Of a stretch of 64,000 nt of DNA, positions 63,691 through 64,000 are shown piece by piece. Source of the stretch: a virus. The DNA lies in the IMG/VR virus record IMGVR_UViG_3300042914_004291, positions 32,001 to 96,000 of that record. One strand, written 5' to 3'. The number at the start of each line of letters is the position of its first letter. The stretch's first letter is position 1. The position numbers and the translations under genes were made by a program. Below the pieces are notes generated by a model. It did no database searches and was not told where the DNA came from. It saw only the letters and a list, made by a program, of their open reading frames with translations.

Positions 63691-63764
63691 GTTTAGCTAC
63701 ACCTTTGTTTTCTGTTGTTCAAGGTGTAACTAAGTGTGTTGGTGGCGAAGATGAAGTTATTTAA

Positions 63765-64000
63765 TCAGCGTTTTCCTGGAAGGAACCCGGGCTGGTTTGG
63801 TTTTGGTGAAGAGCTCTTGCTGAAAGCCAGTTCAGCCCAGCGGTTGGCCGCGGGTGCATTTGGAATAATGTTTTGTTGTTCGTTCAGCATTGACACAGCA
63901 GCCTCATCTCTCGGCGGCATCATGTTCCTAGGAAACGCGGCTCCCATCTCTGGTACTGGCGGCATTTGTCTTTGCTGATGCGCCAACATTGCATCTAGTC
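63765..64000 (-). CDS. Hypothetical protein, 5' end probably beyond the window
   Basis: Frame stays open to the window edge; ends ...NRWAELAF...PGKR. Confidence 0.6.
   Translation of the reverse strand, partial: LDAMLAHQQRQMPPVPEMGAAFPRNMMPPRDEAAVSMLNEQQNIIPNAPAANRWAELAFSKSSSPKPNQPGFLPGKR

Noticed and set aside
1-64000. CRISPR array, tRNA genes, integrase or IS elements
   Set aside because: Intergenic gaps are short and show no spaced repeats or cloverleaf motifs by eye, and no transposase or integrase motifs were seen; a tRNAscan/Infernal run would be needed to exclude small RNAs formally
1-64000. Stop-codon reassignment as in some large phages
   Set aside because: Conserved genes are full length in the standard code and end in TAA, TAG and TGA

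Overview
This window is part of a large, lytic-type tailed phage genome (T4-like/jumbo myovirus architecture, standard genetic code), not a bacterial chromosome. The left third carries early and replication genes: a divergent VWA-metallopeptidase/MoxR ATPase pair, dUTPase, 5'-3' exonuclease, DnaB-like helicase, class I ribonucleotide reductase, thymidylate synthase, ClpP, a DHFR fusion and a prim-pol. The middle holds tail-fibre-like genes, PIN-PhoH, a degenerate GroEL-like protein, a lysis cassette implying a diderm host, an SOD-like gene and a histone-deacetylase-family gene. The right third is the morphogenesis block: tail tube, two ~1000-aa sheaths, tail terminator, two neck proteins, a ligase-fold/HIGH nucleotidyltransferase fusion, a GIY-YIG endonuclease, a gp23-type major capsid protein and a scaffold. 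Reading the DNA shows two promoter classes: TTGACA-N17/18-TAnnnT-like upstream of early genes and a short TA[G/C/T]TTA box upstream of virion genes. The late box also marks a dispersed set of enzyme genes sharing an N-terminal (K/S)-L-x-x-(L/I)-...-E peptide, which suggests a capsid-packaged enzyme cargo. It also occurs inside two long ORFs just ahead of in-frame ATGs, suggesting nested genes. A decayed second copy of the capsid gene 3' end sits next to the homing endonuclease. All family calls are from motif recognition by eye; no searches were run.
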